Source: Octopus sinensis (lineage: Eukaryota). From it: DNA of 64,000 bases. Positions 1 to 12,054 of this stretch are shown piece after piece (the stretch's first letter is position 1; the number at the start of each line of letters is the position of its first letter). The notes under the pieces were generated by a model. That model saw only the letters and a program-made list of their open reading frames with translations, was not told the origin of the DNA and did not search any database. The translations under genes were made by a program, and so were the position numbers. The stretch is taken from contig NC_042998.1 in NCBI RefSeq assembly GCF_006345805.1, positions 53,878,001-53,942,000 of the forward strand, in the 5' to 3' direction.

Positions 1-54
1 ACAAACCACAAGGGTGTAGCTGTGTAGTTGCAAGACCACCTAAAAATAGCTACT

Positions 55-548
55 TCTTATTTCTTTACTGCCCACAAGGGGCTACACACAGAGGGGAAAG
101 CAATCACAAACAGATTAAGTCGATTATATCGACCCCAGTGCATAACTGATACTTATTTAATCGACCACGAAAGGATGAAAGGCAAAGTCGACCTCAGTGG
201 AATTTGAACTCAGAACATAGCAGCAGACGAAATACCATTAAGCATTTCGCCCGGCGTGCTAATGATTCTGCCAGCTCGCCGACCTATTTTTTTTTCGCTC
301 AGCGTGCTAACATTTCTTTTATCTTTATTGCCCACAAGGGGCTAAACATAGAGGGGACAAACAAGGACTGACAAATGGATTAAGTCGATTACATCGACCC
401 CAGTGTGTAACTGGTACTTAATTTATCGACCCCGAAAAGATGAAAGGCAAAGTTGACTTCAGCGGAATTTGAACTCAGAACGTAGTGGCAGACAAAATAC
501 CGCTAAGCATTTCACCCGGCATGCTAACGTTTTTGCCAGGTCGCTGCC
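55..548 (-). mobile_element. Two tandem copies of SINE-like family A (~230 bp each: 55-283, 321-548)
   Basis: Reverse complement matches the recurring unit ggcg(a)gctggcagaatcgttagc...ttctgagttcaaattcc...gtcgactttgcctttcatcctttc...ggggtcgat...aaagaaata, seen more than 12 times in the window. Confidence 0.85.
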
Positions 549-1789
549 TTGGCTACTTCTGTCTCTCTCAGAACAAATTCTACTGTCTTAAACAAGGAAT
601 GACAAACACCACCTACAAAATCCAGTGGGACTTATCAATTGCTTTTGATTATAGATTAGTGCAATCAAGGTTGGCCAGAAGTTACAGAATGGCAATAACA
701 TCTAACAACTATAAATCATTTTGACTGGCTTTCACTGCTACTATTTAGCAGTGATTTCTTAATTAGACAGAAGATCATATATGTGGGGAAGAGAACAGTT
801 GATTAGATCAATTTTGGAACTTGACTTACCCATTCAGTACATCATTTATCAACCCTGGAATGATGAAAGAGAGAGACTAAATCAATGTAAAGAGCAATAA
901 CTAAATGCAATGTTTACTTATGGTTCTTTATGTTCTATGTATTATTTTGACCACAAGAACCTATCCAAGCAGTCATACATCAAAATGTATACATAGACTA
1001 CAAAGATGTATAGGGATGGATAAGACAAAATTATATAAAATGAGGGAATTATTAACATCATTAGACAATCTGTACATAAAAAAATTGATAATAAATGAAA
1101 AAACTCAAAAAAGATATATTTGCTAAAAGCATAACACAAATTAGGTAACCCATCCAAAGATAGGTGAAAGCCCACCAGCTGGGTCAAGTCAAAGTACTCT
1201 GCTCACTTGCCACTCATCATAAGTACACCTATGCAATTCTTGGTCTAGTTGGCCTTCAAAGGGTCCAAATTCATAGAGGAAAAATCCTTTATTGTTTGTA
1301 AACGTCTAATATGGTCTTTAACAAAATTCTGTCTTCTGAATGCTCTTTTTCCTCACACCTCCAAATCACACTCAGTGCTACAAAGGTGACAAAGAGGTGA
1401 GTCACAGCTGATGCTTCTATTATGCGTGCATCATGTTGGCCCAATTACTACAGTGCAAGTTCATGAGCTGGTGTGTATCATGCTAATTTAACTTGACACC
1501 TCATAACAGCTTTGAAGACCAGTCAGATACAACTGTATGCTTGGCTTGGTTGATAAACCACATGATAATCCATTCATAAGCCAGGGCATCCTTCAGTTGG
1601 TCCTTTGAGGACACACAGAAATGATCTCACAAGGGTATTTTCCTTGCCTATTCTTTCATGCCACAAAAATGGTTAACTTTTACAACTGATGCAAGTAAAA
1701 AGGCTATATGAAGAATATTTTCACAAGAAGGCCATTATGTACTGTATTCATCCAGAGTAATAAACACATATGAAACAAGATGCACAAAT

Positions 1790-2006
1790 ATTGCTTTCTA
1801 CTAAAGGCACAGGACCCGAAATATGGGAGAAAGGGCTAAACAATTATATCAACCCCAGTGCTTAACTGGTACATATTTTATCAATCTTGAAAGGATGAAA
1901 GGCAAAGTCACCCTCCGTGAAATGTGAACTCAGAACATAGAGATGGACAAAATTCCACAAAGCATTTTGATCCACATGTTAATGATTCTTCTAGCTTGTT
2001 GCCTTA
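1790..2006 (-). mobile_element. SINE family A, diverged copy
   Basis: Same aaggatgaaaggcaaagtc...gaactcagaac core as 55-548. Confidence 0.8.
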
Positions 2007-2154
2007 AGTTTCCCAATTATTGAAACAAATGCTTTGGTAACTTTGAGATATCCCAAAGAGCATGGCATTTTATGCTTGTCAGAGAATTTAAATCTGTCTT
2101 AGATCACAGACCACTAAAATTTATTTTTATCAGCTATTGTAGTTTACTGAAAGT

Positions 2155-2478
2155 CAAGGCATGTGCTCAGTGGTTAGGGCATTCAGCTCATGATCATAGG
2201 GTCATGAGTTCAATCCTCGGTGACATCTGTCCTCAAGCAAGACACTTTATTCCATGTTACCCCAGTCCACTCAGCTGGCAAAAATGAGTTGTACCTATAA
2301 TTCAAAAGGGCCAGCCTTGTCACATTCTGTATCATGCTGAATCACCCAAAGAAATACATTAAGAGTATGCTTGTCTGTGGAGTGCTCAGCCACTTGCATG
2401 TTAATTTTACAAGCAGCAGGCTGTTCCATTGATTGGATCAACTGGAACCCTCATCCTCATAACCAATGGAGTGCCAGT
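2155..2478 (+). mobile_element. tRNA-derived SINE (head type C, tail ending ...aactggaaccctc...ggagtgcca)
   Basis: A-box-like gctcagtggttag and B-box-like gagttcaatcc; homologous copy at 45515-45830. Confidence 0.75.
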
Positions 2479-2738
2479 GAGTGAAGTGAAGTTTACTGAA
2501 AGTGACATTTGCACATATTTGAAACATTTGATAATGAAGTATACTATGTGAAGGAATTTGGTGCATTAAATGTTGATAAATTATCGTTACAGAAATTTAT
2601 TTAAAATATTAGTTTGGATTAACCCTCTCATGATGATTATTCTTTTATCTACCTTGTTGAAAAGAGGTTATAAAACATTAACATATAAGGCTGGAGACTA
2701 CCAATGATTTTTTTTTTTTGTTGAGTATATTTAAAAAG

Positions 2739-3050
2739 GTGGAGGTGCAATGGCCCAGTGGTTAGGGCAGCGGACTCGCGGTCAGAGGATCGCAGTTTCG
2801 ATCCCCAGACCGGGCGTTGTGTGTGTTTATTGAGCGAAAACACCTAAAGCTCCATGAGACTCCATTAGGAGCTGGTGGCGATCCCTGTTGTACTCTTTTG
2901 CCCCAACTTTCTCACTCTTTCTTCCTGTTTCCTGAGTAACACTGCGATGGACTGGCATCCTGCCCAGCTGGGAGGAACACATATGCCATAGAAACCAGGG
3001 AACTGGGCCTATGAGCCTGGCTAGGCTTGAAAAGGGTGCATAAAAATAAA
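2739..3050 (+). mobile_element. tRNA-derived SINE family D
   Basis: Head gtggaggtgcaatggcccagtggttagggcagcggactcgcgg...gtttcgatcccc with Pol III A/B boxes; homologous copies at 34870-35200 (-) and 63864-64000 (+). Confidence 0.8.
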
Positions 3051-3175
3051 TATTTAAAAAGAATTTTAAGAATAATACTAATTGTTTTGTTGTATGTAAT
3101 TTAAGTAACTTCAAAAAGTTAACTGTATCTTGTGTAAATGAAAGCTGATTGTTTCACAGATCTGTTTGAGAAAAA

Positions 3176-3960
3176 TCAATTCTCAATTGCAAGAGGTACA
3201 GTTAATTCAGAGAACATTAATGATAAAGTGTGTGTATTATGATGATGTACAGTGTGACACAATTGTAAGAAATCTGTTGAAATTGCAAACATGGTGGCCA
3301 GGCTATTGTAAAGATGTTGAATGACATGTAAGATGTCTGACATGTACAAAAATTGAAGCAGAATTACCTTGCACAGTGCACCCATAACTGAAAGGAATTA
3401 AAGCATGGCTATGTATAGATATTGACTCAGCTTATTTGAAGAATTTAGAAGTATTCCTGATGTTGATACATACTTTTGGTGGCCAGAACTAATAATGTTT
3501 TAGAATAATGTAGAAACAGCTAAGCAAGTAAGTGGTGTGCCTGCCAAAAATGGTGTTTCAGGAACATTATGTATGACCATTCTTGAGAATGTTATGGTAA
3601 TGTCCTGAGAATTTTGTGATAATGGCTTGTGTGTGTGGCTTGATCTGATCAAAGGAACATTTATGAAAATGTTCCCATATCATCTAGAATCAAATGGAAC
3701 TGCTGAACTAATGGTAATAAGTGTTAATATAGGTTTAAAAGCCTAGTAATCAAATAATGTTTCTATTAATGCACATCTGAACTGCAATGCTATTGTGTTG
3801 TCGAAACATTCCTCACTTAATGGATAGAAAAATACAACCACTAATAGCAATGTCTTAAGAAACTGTAGATTCAATTTCATTTTGACAAAGAAGAAATGGT
3901 GAACTATAAAATGCTAGATTTATATCTCAAGTATAAAATACTAAAGCTGTGATTCTTAGG
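3176..3960 (+). pseudogene. Degraded Gypsy/Ty3-type LTR-retrotransposon integrase fragment
   Basis: Manual translation across stops and frameshifts gives WWPGYCKDVE*HVRCLTC (zinc-binding region), DTYFWWPEL (cf. VDxYSxWPE) and PYHLESNGTAELMV (cf. PYHPQSNGxAER). No LTRs seen. Confidence 0.75.
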
Positions 3961-4129
3961 GAGAACAGCATATAATCACTCATAAAGATCACGTAAATGA
4001 TGGCAGATATTGATAGTGATCAAAAAGCAGAATCAATCCTTCGAGCTTTGAATGACATTCCAGACTCTATTAATAAAGACTGATTTAACTGCTCATACAG
4101 AAACAACCATTGCAGTGTGTAATGGTAAA

Positions 4130-4370
4130 ATGTAAAGACCCCCATCAATCATGAATGACCATGGGATTGCACCGAGAAAATTCCCCTCCAAGGCACAAGT
4201 CAGGGCAAGGTTGTTTATGGAAGACCAGCAGTCACCCATGCATATCACCCTCCTCTCTGCATGCCACTGACATTATCCAAGAGAAAGGCAAAGGTCTATA
4301 CAACTTGGCACCAGTGACATTACAACTCATTTCTACAGCTGAGTGAACTGGGGCAAGGTGAAATAAAGTG
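4130..4370 (-). mobile_element. tRNA-derived SINE family C, 3' part
   Basis: Reverse complement matches 26290-26610 and 50370-50710 (ccttggataa...ggtcttccataaacaaccttgccc...cccatggtcattcatga). Confidence 0.75.
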
Positions 4371-4427
4371 TTTTGGGATTGATGGAGTTTTTATGGTCAA
4401 TAAATATTTGTGCTGCTCACAACCATA

Positions 4428-4600
4428 TGGCAGTAAGCTGACAGAATCATTAGTATGTCAGGTAAAATGCTTAGCAGAATTTCATCTATTCTTATGTTCT
4501 GAGTTCAAATTCTGCTGAGGTCAGCTTTTCCTTTCATTCTTTTGGGGTCAATAAATAAGAACCAGTTGATCACTGGCATTGATGTAATTGTCTTCTGGGA
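4428..4600 (+). mobile_element. SINE family A, diverged copy
   Basis: ggcagtaagctgacagaatcattag...ttctgagttcaaattctgctgaggtc. Confidence 0.75.
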
Positions 4601-4649
4601 GAATAAGAAAACTGCATCTCTCTGCAAAGCCTTGTTGAACCAGTGGGGC

Positions 4650-5580
4650 AAAATAGACTCATCAACCCAGTATGATCTTCAGCTCAAATTTACAGCCTCC
4701 ACGTCAGACCATAGTTGGGGAGAAAAGAGGCTGAGGCCTTTCTCCTGCAGTGGACTGAACATAGGCAATCCAACCCAATCCAAATATTTGCCCAAATATT
4801 TTGGAAATGACAAACTAATTGTAAATTTGTACAAGAAAGATATTGAATTGATTAGACAAATGTTCAAACAATGGCTTTCAAATATTTGAAAATTGTTCCT
4901 ACTGAGAGAGATCGTGAGTATAATTGCTGTCAACAAGGATATCATGCTGAGAATTGATGCTAATGAGTAATCTCTATCTGTGATTTTATGGCAAGATAAC
5001 ATCCATTTCTATATTTATCAAGAAGATTAACTGCTGCTGAATCTAATTATTCAGATATTGGACCGAATGCTTTAACTGTTGTGGGAACTACAAACTGCAT
5101 CTGTCAGTTTTTAATTGATAGAAAGTGTTTGCTGACGAAGTCATAGACCTCACAAATTCATCTTTAATCCATACAAAGAAATCCCAATGTGAAGTCTTTG
5201 AGAACCTTGATGTCATACATAAAGCTGCCAGAATTTAATTTTGATATTACTCTTAGATTGCAGTAGCAGAGTACTTGTTTGGATAATAATGTGTTACACC
5301 TGGATAGCTTATCCCCGGACATTTTTTTTAAAACAACGCAAAAAACAGGGTACAAGACATACAACACAAGGAAAATTCCCCTTCTTCGGCTGCCTCCATT
5401 TCATCTACTCTGTGTTTCGAAGGTAAAGGCGAGACACGACTTTGGTGAAACGGTCCTTCCAGCAAAGCAAATTAAACAAAATTTAAGGTTTTTTGTGGAG
5501 GGGTAAATGTCTGTTTCCATGGTTCTGCTTTTATGTTTTCGTTTCTCATTGTGTTCGACGTTTTTTTGGTGCCCTGTAAC
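4650..5580. mobile_element. Possible decayed Penelope-like element remnant plus terminal-repeat-like segment (5340-5580)
   Basis: Only weak, frameshifted GIY-YIG-like fragments (IYQ..NCC.SNY.DIG) were read by eye; assignment tentative. Confidence 0.25.
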
Positions 5581-5714
5581 CATATATGCATGTATATATA
5601 CATATAGATGTAGGTACGTACATATATGTATGTATATATGCATATGTTTTATTTATTATTTTGTTATATGATGGAACACCATGCATCCTCTTCCAAGTAA
5701 GTTTTATATATATA

Positions 5715-6061
5715 TATATTTTTGTGTTGTGACCCTCCAAGGCACGAGTCTGGGCAAGGTTGTTTATGGAAGACCAGCAGTCGCCCACGCATACCAGCCT
5801 CCCCTCTCCACGCCACCAGTGTTATCCAAGGGAGAGGCAAAGGCTGATACAGCTTGGCACCTGTGACGTTGCAGCTCATTTATTAACGTGCAAGTGGCTG
5901 AGCACTCCACAGACACGTGTACCCCTAACGCTGTTCTCAGGGAGATTCAGCGTAACACAGAGAGTGACAAGGTTGGCCCTTTGAAATACAGGTACAACAG
6001 AAACAGGAAGAAAGAGTGAAAGAAAGTTGTGGTGAAAGAGTACAGCAGGGTTCACCACCAC
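5715..6061 (-). mobile_element. Composite SINE fragments (C-type 3' part plus D-type 3' part)
   Basis: Similarity to 50500-50660 and to the 2300-2420 and 2870-2930 segments. Confidence 0.7.
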
Positions 6062-6079
6062 CCTCTATATTATATATAT

Positions 6080-6708
6080 ATATATATAATACTTTTTTGC
6101 CAAAATGGCTCTCTGAAGGGAATTATTACCTGAAACATCTTACTTTGGAGCATCAATCCCTTCTTAAAAACAAATTATAAATGGAGTTGAAATAAGAAGG
6201 ATTCACTGGTTATTTCTCTTGCAATGCTCTATTTATACACAGCATTTTAGTTGGTCAGAATAATAAGTACATTATTGAACTCTGTGGAAACTTTTTATAA
6301 GCCCGTTTTCTTACACATCCTCTAAAATAGGTACAAGCATGAATGATTGCTGAAAAAAGAAAAAACAATATGATTTTTGTTGGAATAAAACAACTAATTT
6401 AGCACTGAAGATTTTAATTTGCTTATTTTTCTTACTGCCTAACCTTAACATTTTTTCAAATATGTTCTCCAACTGTTTCACTGAAACATAACAGGCAATT
6501 ATTTCATTATTTAGCCTAAAAAGAACAGATGATGTTTTTCTTTCTTTTGATTTTAAGTTACATTCTGCTATATTTTATAGTTTAAAATTATAAGAATTTT
6601 GTTTCTTCAATTTCTGATAAGGCAGAATAAAACAAAACAATACCCATTAGTTCTCCTTGAAATAGGTATCTAAAACTTAGAAATAACTATATATATATAT
6701 AACTTATA

Positions 6709-6741
<33 letters not shown>

Positions 6742-6748
6742 ACACATG

Positions 6749-6780
<32 letters not shown>

Positions 6781-7494
6781 AGTAGGTGTGCAAAATACAT
6801 ACATATATATGTATGCATGTGTGCTTATATATATATATATATATTATATATATATATATAAAGATATATATATAATACTTTTTTGCCAAAATGGCTCTCT
6901 GAAGGGAATTATTACCTGAAACATCTTACTTTGGAGCATCAATCCCTTCTTAAAAACAAATTATAAATGGAGTTGAAATAAGAAGGATTCACTGGTTATT
7001 TCTCTTGCAATGCTCTATTTATACACAGCATTTTAGTTGGTCAGAATAATAAGTACATTATTGAACTCTGTGGAAACTTTTTATAAGCCCGTTTTCTTAC
7101 ACATCCTCTAAAATAGGTACAAGCATGAATGATTGCTGAAAAAAGAAAAAACAATATGATTTTTGTTGGAATAAAACAACTAATTTAGCACTGAAGATTT
7201 TAATTTGCTTATTTTTCTTACTGCCTAACCTTAACATTTTTTCAAATATGTTCTCCAACTGTTTCACTGAAACATAACAGGCAATTATTTCATTATTTAG
7301 CCTAAAAAGAACAGATGATGTTTTTCTTTCTTTTGATTTTAAGTTACATTCTGCTATATTTTATAGTTTAAAATTATAAGAATTTTGTTTCTTCGATTTC
7401 TGATAAGGCAGAATAAAACAAAACAATACCCATTAGTTCTCCTTGAAATAGGTATCTAAAACTTAGAAATAACTATATATATATATAACTTATA

Positions 7495-7527
<33 letters not shown>

Positions 7528-7534
7528 ACACATG

Positions 7535-7566
<32 letters not shown>

Positions 7567-7608
7567 AGTAGGTGTGCAAAATAATACATATATATGTATG
7601 CATGTGTG

Positions 7609-7643
<35 letters not shown>

Positions 7644-7645
7644 AT
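6080..7645. repeat. Near-identical tandem duplication, period 786 bp, bounded by (TA)n/(TG)n tracts
   Basis: acttttttgccaaaatggctctc starts at 6091 and again at 6877. Only rare differences were seen (cttcaatttc vs cttcgatttc; aatacatac vs aataatac) besides microsatellite length. Confidence 0.97.
6436..6515 (-). CDS. Candidate 80-nt internal exon of an unidentified host gene (LNNEIIACYVSVKQLENIFEKMLRLG); duplicate at 7222-7301
   Basis: Acceptor catctgttctttttag|G, donor GCA|gtaaga, one open frame. No homology evidence. Confidence 0.35.
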
Positions 7646-7915
7646 GACACATATTGGAGCATCTGTCCATGTTTTATGAAGACAACTACCTCTACTCTGT
7701 AACTTTGAACTTTATTGCACATTACTACACTATGATCTTAGCCTAAATATCCATCAAGCTCTCTGTGCCTCTGTCTGTCTTATGCACACACGCATGCATA
7801 TACACACACACCATTCATATCCCAGGTTTTATAAAAGTTACACCATACTTTTGCTTGTAGAGAGCATCTAAATGGTTTAGTATCAGGAAGGGTATTTGGC
7901 TATAAAAACATGACC

Positions 7916-8360
7916 AGGAGTGGCTGTGTGGTAAGTAGCTTGCTTACCAACCACATGGTTCCAGGTTCAGTCCCACTGCGTGGCAATTTGGGCAAGTGTC
8001 TTCTACTATAGCCTCGGGCTGACCAAAGCCTTGTGAGTGGATTTGGCTGACGGAAACTGAAAGAAGCCCCTCATATATATGTATATGTATATATTATATA
8101 CATATGCTTGTACCTATTTTAGAGGATGTGTAAGAAAATGAGCTTATAAAAAGTTTGTGTTTGTCCCCCCAACATTGCTTGACAACCAATGCTGGTGTGT
8201 TTACGTCCCTGTAACTTAGCAGTTCAGCAAAAGAGGCTGATAGAATAACTACTAGGCTTACAAAAACTAAGTCCTAGGGTCAATTTGCTCGACTAAAGGC
8301 GGTGCTCCAGCATGGCCACATTCAAATGACTGAAACAAGTAAAAGAATAAAAGAGTAAAA
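7916..8360 (+). mobile_element. tRNA-derived SINE family B carrying an internal foreign insert
   Basis: Head ggagtggctgtgtggtaagtagcttgcttaccaaccacatggttccaggttcagtccc (A/B boxes), core ttgggcaagtgtcttctactatagc, tail gactgaaacaagtaaaagaataaaagag. Confidence 0.9.
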
Positions 8361-8835
8361 GAGAGAGAGAGAGAGAACATTTTTATCACAGTATTTATAT
8401 CTAGTTTATTTTTGAAGATTAATTACATACATACATCCTTACAGTGAATTATATATGATCATACATTGTACTGTAGATATTTAATATAAATGTCTAAAGC
8501 ATAGTAATATAAGAGATAAATCACTTTTCTGGATATGTCATATGTATCCATGAGAATTAATATTCGCAGAATATCCATCTACGAAATTCACTCACTAGGC
8601 TTCAGGCAGTTTGAGACTTTAGACAAAGACATTTGTCCAAGGTACCATGCAGAGGGACTGAACCCAAGGTCGGATGGCTGGGAAGCCAGCTTCTTAACCA
8701 CATAGCCACACCTGTATATTAATCAAATAAATCTGTGTATATAGTGCTTTACTAAAGCCCGACTGTTATGTGGTTACTGTTAGTTAATAAATACATCCTT
8801 GCTTCTTTTCTATACAATTGTCACATGACCTAGAC

Positions 8836-9023
8836 CAGAACTCTGCAACCTTTTTCACTTGAGGTACATATATATTCTCAAAATTTGGCTGCACACCTGA
8901 CCTAGAAATATAACTAAAAATATAGGGAAAAAAATTATATCCTGGCTACACTGCAGCACACCTAGCATTGTCATGTGGCACACCAGTGTGCCATGCCATG
9001 GCATACTGGTTGCAGAGCCATTA
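8836..9023. mobile_element. hAT/Charlie-like MITE
   Basis: Imperfect TIRs cagaactctgcaacc (8836) and ggttgcagagccatt (9008-9022); subterminal gtggcacaccagtgtgcc palindrome. No 8-bp TSD detected. Confidence 0.5.
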
Positions 9024-9614
9024 AGATGCGGACTTGTGCCCCACTCCAAAAAATTTAGAAATTATTAAAGGTTAGTGGGGCCCATGGAAATTCCACAGAA
9101 TGAAAAAGATTAAGAGACGTTATTTAAGAAAGAGAGGAAGATTTGCATTTATGCTTTTATTTTGTTAAGTTATTTCACTTCCAGTCACAATAATATATTA
9201 CTTTATTTACAAATTTCCCTTTGTTAAGCACTTTATATTTCTCTCTTTCTTTTTACCTCTCATGTCCACTCACCACATGAGTAACAGCATAATGCACCTG
9301 CTGGCTATCTGTCTTCTCAATCACTTTCACATTCCCTCTGCCTCTCTCTCACTCCGCCTTCTCATCCTCCTCGTCCTCACTAACAAGCTAAATAGTAAAG
9401 TGTGAACAAACAGGTAGATGAATAATATTACAGATTTAGTTCAATAAAAATAAATACTTTTTACTATCAACACACCACCACTACCATCGCCATCATCATC
9501 ATCACCACTATAGTTTTCAGTAACAAAGCTAATTTTATTTCAGTTCGGCTGTTTGTTTTTATCTACTTGTTCTTAATGTCATTGTGTCTCTACTCTGACA
9601 ATACAAATGCTCTG

Positions 9615-9618
9615 TGCC

Positions 9619-9662
<44 letters not shown>
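9615..9662. repeat. (CT)n microsatellite within a pyrimidine-rich tract extending to ~10010
   Basis: Direct reading. Confidence 0.95.
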
Positions 9663-9667
<5 letters not shown>

Positions 9668-10699
9668 AACTGCCTCCCTTGTTCATATCTCTCTGTCTGC
9701 CTTTCTTTAACCTCACCACCAGAACATCACTCTCTGCTAAATATTGTATCCTAAACATATCACTTTTTCTTTACTTTTCCCACCCCACCATCGTTAACAC
9801 ATCTCTCATCCTCATTCTCTCTTTCTTTTCTCTCACTGTCTTTTTCTCTAGCTCTTCACCTCTCCCTTCAACTAACCATATGATGCATATGACCTTAGTA
9901 TATTATTATACTCCTGTCTTCTTTCTTTTCTACTCACATTCCTCCCCACCTCTCTCTCTCGCTTTTACTCCACCTCACACTCACTCCCCCTCCATCTTTC
10001 TAGCTAACAAAAGTATAAAGGCAAATGAACAAGCAGATCATTATATAGGTATTTCAAACTGTATATTATTATATTTTGTCATTTATATTTATCATTCTTT
10101 ATATAGAAGTAATGTTTGTCACCACTTCAACAAGACTGTTCAACAAGACTGTCCATACAAACTGATGCTTCTACCATTTTTAACTCCAAGAGGAAGCTTC
10201 CTCTTGCTGGTTATTGATGCAATCTGCACCCGATATATATTGCAAGCAGGGGAGTGAACTCCTACCATCTTCCAGCAATTTGATGGGACCAGCAGACTAT
10301 CTGGTTTGGGATTATTTTTGCCCATCTTCAGTGCTGAACACCTGTCCATTAGAGATAGTAGTAGTTCATTCCAACTCACAATATATAGAAAAATAGAGAG
10401 ATAATCAGTCACTGATCTTGCAACAAACAAAATAGATAGTTAGAAAATCTCCATAAGAGATGAAAATAGCAACTATTCTGAGAACATTAACACTTGTATT
10501 GGAGATTTTATTAAGATTATGTTTTTGACATTAATAAGCTTCTTTATCAATCAGAGCATGCTATTAACTTCAAAAGTTAATATTCAATTTCTGTTTGCAC
10601 AGCAAAACACCTATTATTATCCCTAAATAATTTTAATCTTTCATCAACTGGCACAAAGCCACTCCTTCAATTCTACTTCCCACTCCCAGTTGAAGCATT

Positions 10700-11435
10700 T
10701 TTTACTTGCAAGTTACTTAGTGACGCTGTTGATGATGATGCCATGTAAAAAGCATCCAGTACTCCCTATAAAGTGGTTAGTATTCGGAAGGGTATTCAGC
10801 CACAGAAGCTGGGCCAAATCAGTCAATGGAGCTTGGTGTAGCTCACAGCTTTGCCAGCTCCTGTCAAACCTTCCAACTCATGTCAGCATGGAAAACAGAC
10901 ATTCAGTGATGAGGATGATGATAACGATAACAACGACAGGATAACAACTGGATGATGCTGACCACAGGACAATGATGACGATGACAGGATGACGATGATG
11001 ATGATGATGATGATAGGACAATGACAAGACAACAACCAGATGATGATGATGACACTGACAGGAGAATGAGGACGATGACTGGACGATGACGACGATGGGA
11101 CAACAAATGGATGATGACAATGATGACTGGACAGCATTGTCTAGCAGACATGTGTCCAGCACTGTGAATGGACAAAAATAGCCCAAAACTGGATGGTCCC
11201 ATCAAATTGTTAGAAGAGGGTAGGGGTTCGCTCTCCTGCTTGCCATATATGTTGGCTGCAGATTGCATCGATATCCAGGTAGAGGAAGCTTCCTCTTGGG
11301 GTTAAAAATGGTAGTAATGTCAGTTCATATGGAACAGGATGACAACTAGATGACTATAACAATGAAAGAATGATGACCGGATGACAACAATAACAAAGAC
11401 AGAACAATGATGACAAAATGATGATGACAATATTA
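10700..11435 (+). repeat. RTE-type 3' tail fragment (~10700-10925) followed by degenerate (GAT/GAC)n low-complexity sequence
   Basis: gggcatccag-like and ccaactcatgtcagcatggaaaacagac...gatga motif shared with the RTE 3' end at 20590-20740. Confidence 0.7.
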
Positions 11436-11639
11436 TGTTTTGACCTAGAATGGTTCTTGCTTTTAAGTTTTCTTTTAAGCTTTGAACATCACATCAGGTT
11501 GAGAACAAAAGAACCAAATAAATCTATATTTTAAAGTGGTTATTTATAACCAAGCAAGAAAATGAAAGCTCCACAGTTCTTTTCTTTTAAATGGTGCAGT
11601 AACATATTGTAATCTTATACAGTGATATATAAATCTATG

Positions 11640-12021
11640 ATGCTATCTTCATGGTGCTATTCCACACGTAACTGTCCATAAAATATTTCGTTTTGGGATT
11701 TGGTTTGCAAGATTCTTTATATGAGCTCGTGTGTTGAAGCATATTCTGTTGTGTCTGGGGAGAGACATTTTCTTTTTGTGCTTTATAATGTAACACACTC
11801 ACCGGTAAAAATTCCACTTATTTCTTACTTTTATTTTTCTAAAATTTTCGTTGCATCTTGCAACCTTTTCAATAGTCTTTTCAATAGTGAGAGTCAAGAC
11901 TATTGAAAAGGTTGCAAGAAGCAACGAAAATTTTAGGAAAATAAAAATAAGTGGAATTTTTACCGGTGAGTGTGTTACATTATAAGGCACAAAAAGAAAA
12001 TTACTCTCCCCAGACACAACA
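11640..12021. repeat. Long inverted repeat (arms 11747-11879 and 11896-12021, ~16-nt spacer)
   Basis: tgttgtgtctggggagag...caaccttttcaatagtctt versus aagactattgaaaaggttg...ctctccccagacacaaca. Confidence 0.9.
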
Positions 12022-12054
12022 AAATGTCCTTGAAAAGTTTTATTTGCAACTATG

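Noticed and set aside
1207-1305. Minus-strand open segment TFTNNKGFFLYEFGPFEGQLDQELHRCTYDEWQ ending at gtgagc
   Set aside because: Weak acceptor, phase incompatible with the neighbouring candidates, and the region may be decayed TE.
4542-5002. Opposing ORFs of 115 and 107 aa
   Set aside because: They start in SINE sequence, have no recognisable domain, and are probably a decayed TE.
5380-5425. Minus-strand GAAAC...GTA...CCGAAGA motif, and a similar GAAAT...CTGAGGA arrangement at ~54205-54245 and ~30920
   Set aside because: Hammerhead core pieces occur in permuted order, but no valid stem I hairpin could be drawn.
7916-7985. tRNA-like sequences with A and B boxes (also 2739, 50370, 63864)
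   Set aside because: They are SINE heads continuing into SINE bodies and lack a complete cloverleaf.
9679-10257. 192-aa hydrophobic ORF
   Set aside because: Non-ATG start, derived from a CT-rich tract, no recognisable motif.
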